A stretch of 64,000 bases of DNA from assembly GCF_018350175.1 (NCBI RefSeq), contig NC_058368.1:38938001-39002000 (forward strand). Reading direction: 5' to 3'. The position numbers and the translations under genes are program-made. The notes beneath the pieces were generated by a model. That model was not told the DNA's origin. It made no database searches and saw nothing but the letters and a program-made list of their open reading frames with translations. Each line of letters begins with the position of its first letter. Within the stretch, counting starts at the first letter, position 1. Below, piece by piece: positions 13,472 through 26,221 of this stretch. The stretch is from Felis catus (lineage: Eukaryota).

Positions 13472-13680
13472 AATTTATTTATTTATTTATTTTTTAATGT
13501 TTGTTTATTTCTGAGACAGAGACAGAGCATGAGTTGGGGGTGGGGGGGCAGAGAGAGAGGGAGACACAGAAGCAGAAGCAGGCTCCAGGCTCTGAGCTGT
13601 CAGCACAGAGCCCTTCGGTGTGCTCAAACCTGACCTGAGCCGAAGTCAGCCGCTCAACAAGTGAACCACCCAGGCACCCC
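13472..13680 (-). mobile_element. CAN-SINE with internal deletion
   Basis: ...ccacccaggcaccc end, caggctctgagctgtcagcacagagcc, T tail. Confidence 0.93.
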
Positions 13681-14961
13681 TAGGTGGTGATAATTAAAAA
13701 AAAAAATATGATGAACCAAATGGTTTTGGAGTTTTGGTATGCAGTGAACATGGTAGAAGAAAACATGAATATCATCCTGGCATGATGGAATTTTTCCTAT
13801 AGGCAATAAAAGATTCTATAAGGAATAGTATTTTTCACTCTGCCGTAGAACATTAATGGACTGGAAGTAACAGAGTAAAAGAACAAACCAAAAGAAACAA
13901 TAGGTGTCATAATTCTGGCTGCAAAATTCTCATTGTAATTGTTGTTGCTTTCCTTGGGCTTCCTAAAATTCCTTCACACCCTCTAAATCTAAACCCAGAA
14001 ACATAATGTGTAGTCCAACTGCTACAGATTGTAGGCACTATTAAAATCTATTATAAACTGCAGTTCAGTGGGTACTGGTGTTTAATTATTAAGGAAATAT
14101 AAAAGAAAATAATTTTCTAGTAATGAAAGTACGAGAAAGCATATTAGGGTGAATCGCAAAACAGAGACGAATTTAGGTTCTGGCTCAGGCAAACCTGGCA
14201 CATCCGGGTTTCAGTCCCAATATGATTTCCACTTGCCATGTCACCTTGTGCAAATCTCTTAAGGTCTTTTAGTCCTTTGTTGTTTTTTCTTTTTTTGTAG
14301 ACTTGGTTTCATAAAATCTATCAGAGACATTGGTAAAAAAAATTAAATTAGACACTATATGGAAAGTGTTGAGATAGAGTATTCTTTAATTAAATTATCA
14401 TTGTGATTCATGAGTCCATGAAAATATCTGTAATATGGAGGTTGATTATAATTCTCTCATTTAGTATTCTATATAGTGCAATTATAGGCCAATTATATTT
14501 CTCAGCTTCAGGAAGCACCAAAAAAAAAATTAAAAAGGTAAGATTTATGGCTATCTGCAGAACTGGATTTGACATCTTTCATCATTTTTTACTGTTAGTT
14601 TTCATAGCAGAGACTTGTCAAGTGAATAATCCTAAAAATGGTAACTAGAATGCAACTGAAGTTGTTACTAAAAGTAAAATACCAGAAAAGAGTGCCCATT
14701 AATATGTTGAGCCACAACCTTACAAATGTTGAGAGAAAATCTGAAATATGCTTAACAAATACTTTATTTTTTTGAACAAGCTTTGCATTTATTAAACACT
14801 TTTTCTGGTAGTTGTTGGTTTTCTTTTTAACTTTTCCCTCTTCTTAAACCCTATCTATTTCAATATGTTCATTGACCTCAAGAAACAATTGATACCTTGG
14901 TTGAAATCACCTTGACATATTTAAACAATATTAACCTGCTTTAAAATATTCACTAACTGGT

Positions 14962-15192
14962 AGGGTGCCTGGGTGGCTTAGTCAGTTAAGCAAGCACCCA
15001 ACTCTGAATTTCCACTCAGGTCATGATCTCACGGTTCATGAGTTTGAGCCCTGTGTCTTGCCCCGTGTCAGGCTCTGTGCTAACAATGCAGAGCCTGCTT
15101 GGGATTCTCTCTCTCTTTCTCTCTTTGTCCCTCCCCTACTGGTGCATGCTGTCTTTCTCTCTCAAAATAAATAAATAAACTTAAAAAAGAAA
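14962..15192 (+). mobile_element. CAN-SINE
   Basis: SINE head, caggtcatgatctcacggttcatgagtttgagccc, CT tract, AATAAA tail. Confidence 0.93.
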
Positions 15193-15204
15193 GATGAGTG
15201 TATT

Positions 15205-15955
15205 CTTAATCCCTCCTCAACTATTTCACCCATGCCCCTACCCACCTCCTCTCTTGTAACCATCTGTTCTCTATAGTTAAGAGTCTGTTTTTTGATTTGT
15301 ATCTGTTTTTTCCTTTGTTCAGTTGTTGTATTCCTTAAATTCCACATATGAGTGAAATAATATGGTATTTGTCTTTCTCAGACTGACTTATTTTGCTTAG
15401 CATTACCTACTCTAGATCCATTCATGTTATTGAAAATGGCAAGATTTCAATTCATTTCTATGGCTTAATAATATTTTATTGTACATATACATACCACCTC
15501 TTTTTATCCATTCATATATCGACAGGCCTTTGGGCTGCTTCCTTAATTTGGCTGTTGTAAATAATGCTGCAGTAAACGTAGGAGTGCATATATCCTTTCA
15601 AGTTAGTGTTTTTGTATTCTTTGGGTAAATTCTCAGTAGTGTGATTACTAAATCATGTAGTAATTCTATTTTTAATTTTTTTGAAGAGCCTCCATGCTGT
15701 TTTCCACAGTGGCTGCACCAGTTTGCATTCCCACCAACAGTGTACAAGTTTGCTTCTTCTCTGCATCCTCACCAACTCTTGTTGTTTCTTGTGTTCTTGA
15801 TTTTAGCCATTCTGACAGGTGTGAGGTTATATCTCATTGTGTTTTGATTTGCGTTTCCCTGATGATGAGTGATGTTGAGCATCTTTTCATGTACTGGTTG
15901 ACCATCTGTATGTATGTCTTCTTTGGAAAAATGTCTGCTCATGTCTTCCCATTTC
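15205..15955 (-). mobile_element. L1 ORF2 end and 3' UTR (carnivore type)
   Basis: ccacatatgagtgaaataatatgg...cagtttgcattcccaccaacagtg...ttttagccattctgacaggtgtgagg. Confidence 0.93.
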
Positions 15956-16479
15956 GAATTTTGAATTTCCCATATTGAATTCTACTGGAAATTTTTAAAA
16001 AATCCTTACCTCAGATATTTCCTCAACAGAAATATATTCCAGAAAAAAATTAAAAGTATGTCTCAAGATAATTAATAATATAGGAGTATATATGTTTTCA
16101 GCAATGGACATTATAAAGCGTGTGTGGGTAACATAACAGAGTCCTTCATTTTCATTTTTGTTTTTCAAGAATATCCATTAATATATATAGACAGACACCC
16201 AAAAAGAGAATGAGGCAGACATGGAGAGGCAGAGAGAGAGATAAACAGAGACAGAGATACAGAGAAAGAAAAATAAGTCTATGATCTGGATTCTGTTATG
16301 AGTAAAAGACTGGCAATTGTATGCCATTCCATTCTTTCCTTTCCCTAATGAAAAGACTAAGTAATTATACTCATTTTAAGACCAGTTTTTTTCAAGTTTT
16401 TACTTTCCTTGATGTTATTATCTTTGAAACTCATAATCAGTACCCTGTAAACATTTAAAACTACAGACCTTCTCTCTAC

Positions 16480-17230
16480 CCCAGTTTCTGTCATTCTTGT
16501 TGACAATAGTGGATCATAAATTTAATACCATGTCTCAGTTTTTGATCTTGTTTCCAGTGACTATTCCTCCCCATGACTTTCAGACAGCCATTCCATGGGC
16601 ATATCTATTTATTATCTGTAGCTCTTTGGCTGGAAAATTAATTCTGCTAATATTCATACCATAACCATCCCATATCCCACCTTACAACTAATTAGTTCAT
16701 CTACTCCTACTCTCTGATTTTTATCAGAAGCTCTAATTCATTAAACTTTATGCTATCTCCCATTTCAAAAATTCTCTTCTTTCTTAGTGTGCCATTTTTC
16801 CAGTTGTATTCCATGACTCATTTTTTAATAATATTCTTTCATTATTCTAAAGCCCCATACTTTTTTCCTTTTCCATTACACTAATCTGGAGAACCAAGTT
16901 ATCTGATTTCTGTCTACATAAAATATCAGGATATATTATTCCCAGTATGAAACAATCATCATAAAATTGAAATAATCCCTCATCACTTCAATTCTATGCA
17001 AGGTATCTGGTCAATTAATCTTCATCCTATTTCACTCAACTCTTTCAAAAATTGTTCGTGCACTTCAAAATCTATTTCCATATTTTCTATTAGATACGTA
17101 TTCATTGCCTCCAAAAATCAAACATACACACACACTTTTACATCATTTGGATGTAGTGTATCCTGTTATAACAAAGCGGCTGTTTCTTCTATCTAATCTT
17201 TGTACTGGATTACATTTCTTCTTGTCTCTC
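16480..17230 (+). mobile_element. Degraded L2 fragment
   Basis: C/T-rich decayed sequence resembling L2 ORF2; family assignment is by eye. Confidence 0.4.
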
Positions 17231-17248
17231 AGGAAAATTATTCTATCA

Positions 17249-17251
<3 letters not shown>

Positions 17252-17298
<47 letters not shown>
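17252..17298. repeat. (CT)n microsatellite
   Basis: Seen directly. Confidence 0.97.
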
Positions 17299-17302
<4 letters not shown>

Positions 17303-17492
17303 TTCTTTCTCCCCCTACTTAATTTCTTCCTTGGAAGTTTTCTGGGAAATACTTTCCTTTTTTAGTTTTATATCCCCACCATATAAGAAATATGTTAGTT
17401 ATGGGAAGACACATGCTGTTTTATTTAGAGGTAAAATTCTTTATAAATTATTTCAAAGATGATAATTAGCTGCTACAAATTAGGAAACTTTA

Positions 17493-17690
17493 GGGGCACC
17501 TAGGTGGCTCAGTCGGTTGATCATCTGACTCTTGATTTGAACTCAGGTTATGATCTCATGGTTCGTGAGATCGAGCCCTGTGTCAGGCTCTGCACTGACA
17601 GTATGGAGCCTGCTTGGGATTCTCTCTCTGCCCCTTTCCTGCTGATCTCTCTCTCTCTCAAAATAAATAAATAAATATTTAAAAATAAAT
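17493..17690 (+). mobile_element. CAN-SINE
   Basis: TSD aaattaggaaacttta / aaattaagaaacttta. Confidence 0.95.
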
Positions 17691-18494
17691 AAATTAAGAA
17701 ACTTTAATTGTATGCTGATTCTAAGTGGTCAAGTAATGTTACCTTTCAAGAGATTCATGTTCTTTGCACATCACTTGTGAATTTTATATACGTATAACTT
17801 TTTTTTGGAATTTTATTTTTTCTTCTTATTGTGTTACATATATATCAAATAAATTTTGCCATTTGGATCATTTTTACATGTGCAAGTTAGAGGCATTAAT
17901 TCCATTCACAATTTTGTGAAATCCTTACCACTATTTCCAAAGCTTTTTAGACAGCACAAAAAGCAGTAATTCTCCCTTTTCCCCTCTACAAGCCCCTGGA
18001 AACCTGTAACCTACTTTCTGTCTCTAAGAATTTACCTGTTCTAGGCATTTCGTACAAGTACAATGGTACACTTTTTTTTCCATTTTGCCTGACTTATTTC
18101 ACTTAAAATAATGTTTTCAAGGTTCATCTGTTATGTCGCATGCATCAGAATTTCATTCTGTTCTATGGCTGAATAAACATTCTATTTGTATACATACACC
18201 ACATTTTGTTCATCCATCCATCTATTGTTGAACACTTGGGTTGTTTCCACCTTTTGGCTGTTATGAATTACGCCACAATTAGAAGTGGCATAAAGATATC
18301 TGTTTAAGTGCTTGTGTTCATTTCTTTGAGGTATATATCTAGGAGAATTTCTGGGTCATATGGTAATTCTGTCTTTAACTAGGAGGAACTGTTAACCTAT
18401 TTTCCCAGTGGCTGTGTACTATTTACATTCCTACTAACAGCACACAGATTTCCATTCAATTTCTCCACATAATTGCCTACACTTGTTTTTTTAT

Positions 18495-19028
18495 CTTTTT
18501 TAATTTAATTTATTTTCTTTTTTTAAATATGAAATTTATTGTCAAATTGGTTTCCATACAACACCCAGTGTTCATCCCAACAGGTGCCCTCTTCAGTACC
18601 CCTCACCCACCCTCCCCTCCCCCCACCCCCCATCAACCCTGTTTATTCTTAGGTTTTTTTTTTAATTTTTTTTAATATTTATTTATTTTTGACAGAGACA
18701 GAATGCGAGTGGGTTAGGGGCAGAGAGAGAGAGGGAGACACAGAATCTGAAACAGGCTCCAGGCTCTGAGCTGTCAGCCCAGAGCCCGATGCGGGGCTCG
18801 AACTCACGAGCTGTGGAGATCATGACCTGAGCTGAAGTCCGACGCTCAACCGACTGAGCCACCCAGGCACCCCTATTCTCAGTTTTTAAAAGTCTTATGT
18901 TTTGGTTCCCTTCCTCTCTTACTTTTTTTTCCCCCTTCCCCTCCCCCATGGTCTTCTGTTAAGTTTCTCAGGATCCACATAAGAGTGAAAACATATGGTA
19001 TCTGTCTTTCTCTGTATGACTTATTTCA
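18495..19028 (-). mobile_element. Felid L1 3' tip nested in the old L1
   Basis: atgaaatttattgtcaaattggtttccatacaacacccagtg...ccacataagagtgaaaacatatgg. Confidence 0.9.
18654..18873 (-). mobile_element. CAN-SINE nested in the felid L1
   Basis: Full SINE; TSD tattcttag / tattctcag. Confidence 0.95.
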
Positions 19029-19261
19029 GAATTTGTTTTCTTTTTTAATTTTACCCATCCTAGTAGGTATGAAGTAGTATCTCACTGTGGTGTTGATTTG
19101 TATTTCTGTAATGACTAATGATGTTGAGCATCTTTTCATGTGCTTTTTGGCCATTTGTATACCTCCTTTGGAGAAATGTCTGTTCAAGTCATTTGATTAA
19201 TTTTAATTGGGTTGTATATTGTTTTGTTGTAAATGCCATTATTAATGGAATTGCTTTATAT

Positions 19262-19485
19262 TCATTTTTATTTAAGAAAAACTTTTTTAATGCTTATTTT
19301 TGAGAGAGAGACAGACAATATGAGTGGGGAAGGGGCAGAGAGAAAGGGCAACATGGAACATGAAGCAGGCTTCAGGTTCTGAGCTGTCAGCCCAGAGCCT
19401 TACACGGGGATCAAACTCGCGAACTGTGAGATCATTACCTGAGCCCAAGTCAGACACTCAACTGACTGACCCACCCAGGCTCCCC
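19262..19485 (-). mobile_element. CAN-SINE
   Basis: TSD aatggaattgcttt (19244-19257 / 19487-19500). Confidence 0.95.
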
Positions 19486-20553
19486 AAATGGAATTGCTTT
19501 TTAAATTTTATTTTCAGATTGTTCTTTACTGATGTATAAAAATACATAAGATTTTTGTGTGTTGATTTTTCAGTCTGTGACTTTGCTGAGTTTTTTTCTT
19601 AGATCTAGTATCTTTCTTATAGATATTTCAGAGGATTTTCTATATATAGGATCGTGTCATCTGCAAATAGATATAGTTTAACTTCTTAAAAGGCATTCGG
19701 TATGCCTTTTATTTATTTTACCTGCCTAATTGCTCTTACTTGAACTTCTAGTATAATGTTGATCACCAGTGGTTAAAGTAGGCATCATTGTGTATTCCTG
19801 ATTTTAGTGGAAGATTTTCTTTTTGACTTTTGGCTACAATATACAGAAAATAATAAAGAATAACAGATTTTTTAAATCTTGTAACAAAATTGATTAAACA
19901 CTTAACAATACCTTGTTTTTAAAGGAAAACAAACAAATGCTGATTTTATATCATATAGGTATAGGAACCATTTACTGAAATACTAGAAATTTTATAAACA
20001 TTGGAACAGTTACTTGCAACCAAGTTTACTCAATATATAATCCTTAAATTCTGCAAATGTCAAAGTTTGTAAAATCTCCCTACTTTGCTCCATATCTTAT
20101 AAGATCTCATGTATCTCAGTGGAAATGCTTACAATTAGAGTCCTTACCAGGATCTGAGTATTTTTAGTTTTTGAGTGGTCTTTAACCCATGTTTCAAATG
20201 TCACTGTTTTATCACTGAGTTTATATTTGTATACAAAGTTACTTTCACTTCATTGCTAAGGATTAAAATAACTTTGAAATTTTATCTAGGCCCTTATAGT
20301 ACATACTACAAATTAGCAGACAATGCAACTGAATTAACAAAAAGTTAGATAAAACGGTGATGCAATTAGAATGTTTTGGAAATTCATTTGTTCCAAACAA
20401 TACAGAGCATAGCTGAAAGTGCTTTGATTCTTTGAATGAATAATAGAAATACTTCACAAACTTTTAAACTGCAAAAATAAATAGGGAAAAAGGATGCTTT
20501 AGAGGTTTTAGATACTCGTAACAATTCAAGGGTCTCAAATCCTTAAGGCAAAT

Positions 20554-20554
20554 G

Positions 20555-20636
<82 letters not shown>

Positions 20637-20650
20637 GAAGAAAAAGAGAG

Positions 20651-20717
<67 letters not shown>

Positions 20718-20757
20718 AAAGGAAGGAAGGAAGGAAGGAAGAGAGGGAGGGAGGAGG
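20554..20757. repeat. Compound (GAAA)n/(GGAA)n microsatellite
   Basis: About 200 bp pure purine tract seen directly. Confidence 0.98.
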
Positions 20758-21936
20758 CATAGTGCTCTCAGGTAGCTGGACAAATATGATAAAATTTTAA
20801 AAACTGTATGTATAAGCCTTGGGAATTAGTTTGTGGTTTTGATGGGTAAATCAAAATCTCAAGACTAGTTTCTTTTTATTTAGAGTTGCAGACATTTGCA
20901 AAATATTACAATAACCAATACCATAATGAAATGGAAGTGTAATTATATCAAAAAAGTTTACATTTGAAAATATTGCTGCAAACAACATTAAGTTCCTTAT
21001 CAAAGATATATTTTATTTCCTAGTATGAGTATATATATTACATTATCAACAGTTTACATGTTTTTGTAAACATTTTGTACACATTTTTGTAAAACTGTGA
21101 CTTAATTTTCAAAATTCCATTTATGTAGGATTTCAAAGTTGTCTATTTTATACTTTAACAATGTAAACTATTAGTTCACTGATATAATTGAAGACAATCT
21201 TGTTCACAAGTCAGTTACAGAGGAAAAGCATATAAGCAAATCTCCATGTCATTTATCAATATTACATTTTCTTAAAAAGATTTGTGGCTAGAAATGTAGA
21301 TTCCTTATAAGGTTTATATTGATCTATCTTGTATTAGGACCCACACTGTTTTTACTCTGTCATCCAGTGGGGCTTTCTGCCTGGGATATGTGTGTTTAAT
21401 GGAGCAAATTTCCATCAGCTGGTTTGATTTAACTAATTTTTGTATATTAGCAACTTGTTTTAAACTTAACCATTTGGATTGCTCTTTTTGAATATATTAC
21501 AAACAGATTATTAAGCGTTTTACCATGGTAATTTCCATAATTTTACAAATGATTCTGTATTGTTTACGTCATCAAATCATTTCTCCCATTCCCCACTTAA
21601 TTGAAAATACTTCAATGTATAGCTTTACTAGAAGCTTCATTAAGTATCTGACCCTCACTGAGAAGAGTTGCATTGGGAATTGCATTTATTTCATCTCTAA
21701 TAATACACACAAGATGCTGTATAATAAGAAATTTTCAGGAGAATAATTTAGAATAGCTCATATTATTACCATGGCAAGGCAATTCCTTATTAACGCATGG
21801 AGAATGTCAAAAGAAAGTGGAATTCTTTCATTTGTCTTTTACTGTTTAACAATTCTACCTAAATAAGAGGTCCCAGAGAGAATGTAGCAGGTTTGGGTAT
21901 ACACTCAGCCAAACCTTTTAGATTCGGATAAATTTA

Positions 21937-22176
21937 GGGGCACCTGGGTGGCTCAGTCGGTTAAGCGACCGACTTCGGCTCAGGTCATGATCTCACAGTT
22001 TGTGGGTTCGAGCCCCGCATCGGGCTCTGTGTTGGTAGCTCTGTGCTGGCAGCTTGGGGCAGCTTGGGGCTGGTGGCTCTGTGCTGGCAGCTTTGGATTC
22101 TGTGTGTGTCTCTCTCTGCCCCCACCCCCACTCACACTCTGTCTCTCCCTCTCTCAAAACTAAACATTAAAAATAA
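21937..22176 (+). mobile_element. CAN-SINE with internal micro-duplications
   Basis: TSD tttagattcggataaattta / tttaggttcagataaattta; repeated gctctgtg(c/t)tgg and gcagcttggg units. Confidence 0.95.
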
Positions 22177-22384
22177 TTTAGGTTCAGATAAATTTATCGT
22201 TTTCTCAAGAGATTACCAATAAAGAGTTAATCCATTATAAAATTCACTTACTTTTTTGGTATGTGTGTGTGATTTTACATACAAAGATTATCCTTGCCAA
22301 TTAAAGATATTGTTTAATGTAAGAATTTCAAAAATGGATCATTACTAATAATACTAACAATTATATTTACACTAATCATGGTGA

Positions 22385-22590
22385 TTCCATGATTCAAATC
22401 ATAATATGTAAGTTCTAGGCACCATGCTACATGCTTTATAAACTTTTCATATAATCAAAAACCTTACAGTGCATCCAATAATAACACATTTTGCATATGA
22501 TGATATATACTTCAGGTTAAGTATACTTTTTTAAGGTTATAAAGCTATCAGGTGTTGGAATAGAGATTCCAATACCAGTCTGACCCAAGA
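22385..22590 (-). mobile_element. MIR fragment
   Basis: tatgtaagttctaggcaccatgct...cattttgcatatga...aggttaagt...ccagtctgaccc. Confidence 0.6.
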
Positions 22591-22611
22591 AATTGTATAA
22601 TAAATAAAGAA

Positions 22612-22895
22612 ATGTATTTTTAAAGATGCAGGCCATGATTTTTTAATAGTTAATAAAATCAATTAGAATTCATCACCAGCATTGCTTAAAAATATAATAA
22701 ATTAAATATCATACCATATCATAATAGCAAGGATATAATCGCCTTACATGCTTATTTTTAGTTATACTCAGTCAATGAACTAAGCACTCTACCAGAATGT
22801 ACAAAGTTGAGTCTATTAGCTGCATCAAACAATATATACACAATTTAAAAAAATTAGTCTGCAGAGGGCAAAAAGTCAGTTATTGAAGTGCTAGA
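22612..22895 (+). mobile_element. Old hAT-Charlie-type MITE (degraded)
   Basis: tgcaggccatga...aaaatcaattag...caccagcatt resembles an old eutherian hAT MITE. Confidence 0.4.
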
Positions 22896-23799
22896 AAGTG
22901 AGAGTTCATGAAAGTTGTGCTAATTAAGTATTAAAACTGGTACCCTGGAGAAGATAGAATAAGTCCATTGATCTGTATGTAGTTGAATAAAATGAGTTTC
23001 ATTGTTCATTGATCAGGAAAGGGTCTTCACTTTATATCAAGTAAGGGTTTGTAGTCTCAGAGTTGCTCAATAGACATGTTCTTTACAAGACCCAGATGAT
23101 TAATTCTGTGGCAAAAAAAAAAAAAAAAACCCACAGTAGTCAGTTTTGATATTTCCTAGGCAAGGACTGCTGTGAGCTGTTTGTTTAAAGTAAGCAAAGT
23201 TTTCCTTACAGTCCTTTTCCTTAATCTCTTTTGGCTGAGATAATAGAATGATGACACAAATGACAGACAAATCACGGATTATTTGGTCAACATTTCTATC
23301 TTGCTTTTAGATTTTTAATGCATAGTGTTGTGTTTATGTAGAAAATAGTCTCTTTTCATGCACAGCCATCTGATATACAAACTTTACATGATAGCAACTC
23401 AATTACAATATGTAAGATACACTTGACAACAGCAACAATTACTAATGTCCTTTCGTTTAGTGATTGTTATACAACAAGATCCTGCCTGAGTCCTTGAGGT
23501 TCATGATACTTCTTCCAGAATACTTAATTGCTTGAAGCTTGTTGCAGGAACATCAGCCAAGAATAAAAGAAAAAAACAAATAAATAAAAAACATAACATG
23601 AAAAACAAAAACTGCCTATGACTGTTAAAGCTGAAAGAACCTAGTGAACTTGTAGTCATAAATAGTAACAGAGTGTTGGAAAGTAGAATCATCTATATAA
23701 CACAAATTATAGGGATTTGCTCACTAATCATTTTAGACTAATAACTGACAGTGGAAGCATTGACAAATATTTAGTGCCCTTTTTTTTAAGGACATTCTA

Positions 23800-24025
23800 T
23801 TTAAATTTTTTTATTTTTTAATGTTTATTCATTTTTTGAGAGAGTGAGAGAAAAAAAAACATGAGCAAGGGAGGGGCAGAAAGAGAGGGAGACACCGAAT
23901 CTGAAGCAGGCTTCAGACTCTGAGCTGTCAGCATAGACCCAGATATGGGCTTGAATTCATGAATTGTGAGATCATGACCTGAGCCATAGTTGGAGACTTA
24001 ACCAACTGAGCCATCCAGGTGTCCC
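23800..24025 (-). mobile_element. CAN-SINE
   Basis: Full-length on minus; flanks tagtgccctt / tagtgccttt. Confidence 0.93.
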
Positions 24026-24534
24026 TAGTGCCTTTAATTCGTATCATAAGTTTTTTTTCAACCAATAAGAATATTTAGAGATAGAAAACAAATTTGTCCT
24101 AAAATCAATCCGTAGATATTTACTGTATCAGTATTTTTACAGGAATATAATTTTCTCAATATGAAAACAATGCATTCACTAAAGCATTACGTGACTATCA
24201 AGTTACTTCTGTATAATTAAGTTAGAAAGACTGTGTTGTCTTGGTTGATTGATTAATCAAAGTTTCCATATAAAAATTAAAATAACATTATAGAAATAAC
24301 CATAACAATAATTAAGAATGTTAGAATTTCTTACAAAGAAGGATCCTTTCAGTTTCACTTAAATGATCTATAAGCACAGAAAGAAGTGTATATGGAGAAT
24401 ATACTATATATACAAGTTCATAATTTCTTTTTAATTATAAGTCCACTAATTTTTGTCCTGATATTATATATAAGTATATAAACACAGACACACATATATA
24501 AACAGTCTACGTATAGAGTCTGTATACTGACTGT

Positions 24535-24565
<31 letters not shown>

Positions 24566-24654
24566 GAGTTATCCTGCACAATTTCAGGATAAAGTTATTG
24601 AAAACTTCTCATTTCAATCTTAAATAGAATTAACCTCATTAAAAGAATATACAA

Positions 24655-24880
24655 GGGGCGCCTGGGTGGCGCAGTCGGTTAAGCATCCGACTTCAGCCAG
24701 GTCACGATCTCGCGGTCCGTGGGTTCGAGCCCCGCGTCGGGCTCTGGGCTGATGGCTCAGAGCCTGGAGCCTGTTTCCGATTCTGTGTCTCCCTGTCTCT
24801 CTTCCCCTCCCCCGTTCATGCTCTGTCTCTCTCTGTCCCCCCAAAAATAAATAAACGTTGAAAAAAATAATAATAATATA
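24655..24880 (+). mobile_element. Young felid CAN-SINE
   Basis: CpG-rich; A box TGGCGCAGTCGG, B box GTTCGAGCCC; TSD aatatacaa. Confidence 0.97.
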
Positions 24881-25125
24881 CAAAAATTGCATAAATTCTA
24901 CCATTTTGATTTAAGCTTTACATGCAACCAATATGGGTATGTAATATATAAGAATATTGTCAGAAAACAATTAAAAATATAAGTAAAATATTACACAATA
25001 CAAATATATAATATAAAAATAAGTAAAAATGATTGTAATATATTTGTTCACATTCCTTGATAAGTTTTGATATTCCTATAAATTTTCTTTAGTAATAGAC
25101 ACTTCTTTAAAACCTTTCAAGATTT

Positions 25126-25333
25126 GGGGGCATCTGGGTAGATTTGTCAGTTAAGTGTCTGACTCTTAATTCTGGCTCAGATCATGATTTCATGGTTCAT
25201 TGGTTCAAGCCCCGCATCTGGCTGTGCACTGACAGTGCAGAGCCTGCTTGTGATTCTCTCTCTGACCTTCCCCTGCTTGCTTACTCTCTCTCTCAAAACA
25301 AAACAAAACAAAACAAAAAACAAAACAAAACAA
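25126..25333 (+). mobile_element. CAN-SINE with (CAAAA)n tail
   Basis: TSD aaaacctttcaagattt (25109-25125 / 25334-25350). Confidence 0.95.
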
Positions 25334-26002
25334 AAAACCTTTCAAGATTTTAAAATAAATCAGATATTTTAGAAATTGAAGTTACCCTCAAAGAGTATGA
25401 GTATCACAGATTATTTTGTCATTGTTATAATTCAGTTTAGTTGAACATACACGCTGGCATTTTTAAAACCCTAAACATTTATGAAAGTAACATTTTCTTT
25501 CAGGATAAAAAACTTAAGATGTTAATTTTAATTATGTTATGTATGAGACATTAAACCAAGTATCTCATAAACTAGAATTTTAATTAAGTAGACATCCTTA
25601 TACCATGATAAAATCATGGAGAAGTCAGAACATTAACTTTTAAAAAATCATCTTGATTAGATACAGTTTATAGAAATGTTCACATATTTTTACATATACA
25701 GTACACAAGTTATAATCATTTAATATATTGCGTCTTGTCTCTTAGTCAAGAGATAAGTCACCAAGGTGTTACCTTAACTACAGCTAAACTTTTTGTTTTG
25801 TTTTAGATTTTTCCCATAGTTGAAGACTCAACCAGGCAGTTTCTTAGAAGAAGCAAAACACTAAAATCCATAATTAATTTTGAAAGTTCTTTAGAAATGT
25901 TTATGTTCTATATTTAAAGTACATGAGTATTTACAACTTTCTATAAACTTGCAGAAGTTTCTATAAACTTATAATTAACATCAGAGCTACCATGAAATTT
26001 AA

Positions 26003-26221
26003 AAAAAAATTTTTTTTTCAACGTTTATTTATTTTTGGGACAGATAGAGACAGAGCATGAACGGGGGAGGGGCAGAGAGAGAGGGAGACACAGAATCGGA
26101 AACAGCCTCCAGGCTCTGAGCCATCAGCCCAGAGCCTGACGCGGGGCTCGAACTCCCGGATCGCGAGATCGTGACCTGGCTGAAGTCGGACACTTAACCG
26201 ACTGCGCCACCCAGGCGCCCC
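26003..26221 (-). mobile_element. Young felid CAN-SINE
   Basis: Perfect TSD gagctaccatgaaatttaa. Confidence 0.97.

Larger units (their letters stand above)
17810..19820 (-). mobile_element. Old L1 (L1MB-like) 3' portion hosting nested insertions
   Basis: gacttatttcacttaaaataatgttttcaaggttcatc...ccattcatctattgttgaacacttgggttgtttccac...gatgttgagcatcttttcatgtgc...tcatctgcaaatagatatagttt. Confidence 0.9.

Noticed and set aside
20464..20800. 82-98 aa ORFs on both strands
   Set aside because: Translations of the (GAAA)n microsatellite.
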